Shown in pieces: positions 63,067 to 64,000 of a stretch of DNA of 64,000 nucleotides (the stretch's first letter is position 1; each line of letters begins with the position of its first letter). The position numbers were made by a program, and so were the translations under genes. The notes below the pieces were generated by a model, which was given only the letters and a program-made list of their open reading frames with translations, ran no database searches and was not told the origin of the DNA. This DNA comes from Ignavibacteria bacterium (lineage in GTDB: Bacteria > Bacteroidota > Ignavibacteria > Ch128b), in the NCBI GenBank assembly GCA_026415235.1, contig JAOAHM010000062.1, forward strand, positions 32,788 to 96,787. Reading direction: 5' to 3'.

Positions 63067-64000
63067 GTTTGAATTACACCTGTGATAAATTGTTTTTCGA
63101 TTGGTGCATGATTTGCCATTTCAATTCCAAGAGAAATTATTTTTCGAATTTCTCTTGGATCAACAATCTCATCAACCCAAAGTCTTGCTGCAGCGTAAAG
63201 TGGTTCACTTTGTTTTTCATATCTCTCTGAAATTTCTTTTAGAATTTTCTGTTTCTCTTCTTCAGAAATTTCTTTTCCTTCTTTCATCATTTGGTTTATT
63301 TTAATGTTGAGTAAAGTATTGCTTGCTTGAGCGCCACCCATCACAGCAATTCGTGCATTTGGAAAGGCAAAAATTAATCTTGGGTCATAAGCTTTTCCAC
63401 ACATTGCGTAGTTGCCTGCACCGTAAGAATTACCAACGATGAAAGTAAATTTAGGTACAACTGAATTTGCAACTGCATTTACCATTTTTGCGCCATCTTT
63501 GATAATACCACCATGTTCAGCTCTCGAACCAACCATAAATCCTGTTACATCTTGAAGAAAGACAATAGGAATTTTTTTCTGATTACAATTCATAATAAAT
63601 CTTGTAGCTTTATCAGCACTATCAGAATAGATTACTCCACCAATTTGAATTTCACCACTTTTAGTTTTCACAAGTGACCTTTGATTTGCAACTATTCCAA
63701 CCGCCCAACCATCAACTCTTGCATAAGCAGTAATTAATGTCTTTCCATAATTTTTTTTGTATTCATCAAATTCACCTTCATCCACAATGCAACTTAATAC
63801 ATCATACATGTCATAAGGAGTTACAGTATCTTTTGGAAGAATTCCAAGAATATCTTCTGGTGAATTCTCAGGTGGTTTTGGTGTTGAACGATTGAAACCT
63901 TCGAATCTTTGTCCAGAGATTTTATCAACAATATTTCTGATTAATTGAATTGCTTCATCATCATTTTTCACTTTATAATCAGTTACGCCACTAATTGAAG
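63063..64000 (-). CDS. Acyl-CoA carboxylase carboxyltransferase (beta) subunit, N-terminus beyond the window edge
   Basis: FLQDVTGFMVGSRAEHGGIIKDGAKMV and GNSYGAGNYAMCG. The frame stays open upstream of the track's GTG at 63971 (…SISGVTDYKVKNDDEAI), so the gene continues past base 64000. Confidence 0.85.
   Translation of the reverse strand, partial: SISGVTDYKVKNDDEAIQLIRNIVDKISGQRFEGFNRSTPKPPENSPEDILGILPKDTVTPYDMYDVLSCIVDEGEFDEYKKNYGKTLITAYARVDGWAVGIVANQRSLVKTKSGEIQIGGVIYSDSADKATRFIMNCNQKKIPIVFLQDVTGFMVGSRAEHGGIIKDGAKMVNAVANSVVPKFTFIVGNSYGAGNYAMCGKAYDPRLIFAFPNARIAVMGGAQASNTLLNIKINQMMKEGKEISEEEKQKILKEISERYEKQSEPLYAAARLWVDEIVDPREIRKIISLGIEMANHAPIEKQFITGVIQT

Overview
This is a 64-kb, visibly AT-rich chromosomal segment, about one-third G+C by eye (not computed). 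It is gene-dense and mostly on the + strand. My best guess at the source is an FCB-superphylum bacterium, possibly Ignavibacteria-like. That guess rests only on T9SS-type C-terminal sorting domains, PorV/PorQ-like barrels, TAnnTTTG promoter-like elements and base composition. Most of the window is housekeeping: hpnCDE squalene synthesis, citrate synthase, nusB, an NfeD/SPFH pair, serC, pyrG, purNH, mreBCD-mrdA-rodA, asnS, a partial complex I operon nuoJKLMN, nnr, tonB, a cold-shock gene and four tRNAs. I saw no transposase, integrase, CRISPR array or rRNA. The most interesting content is a three-gene outer-membrane cassette present twice, at 1..7144 (5-prime truncated by the window edge) and at 36719..44189. 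Each copy encodes a TonB-dependent-receptor-like barrel, a roughly 1180-aa secreted multidomain protein with a T9SS-CTD-like tail, and its own PorV/PorQ-like barrel. The two copies are clearly homologous but strongly diverged. I cannot assign the large proteins to a named family. A third T9SS-tailed protein (57870..60707) shares an internal module with them and sits next to a decayed, orphaned CTD fragment. Secondary points of interest are listed here.
- A baeRF3-like (eRF1-fold) stand-alone gene.
- A DUF1015-serC pair.
- An NhaD-type transporter plus a small unknown ORF inserted between nuoM and nuoN.
- nnr overlapping the nuoN stop codon.
- An extremely acidic W/D-tailed small protein divergent from csp.
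All functional calls come from reading motifs in the supplied translations. No database search was run.
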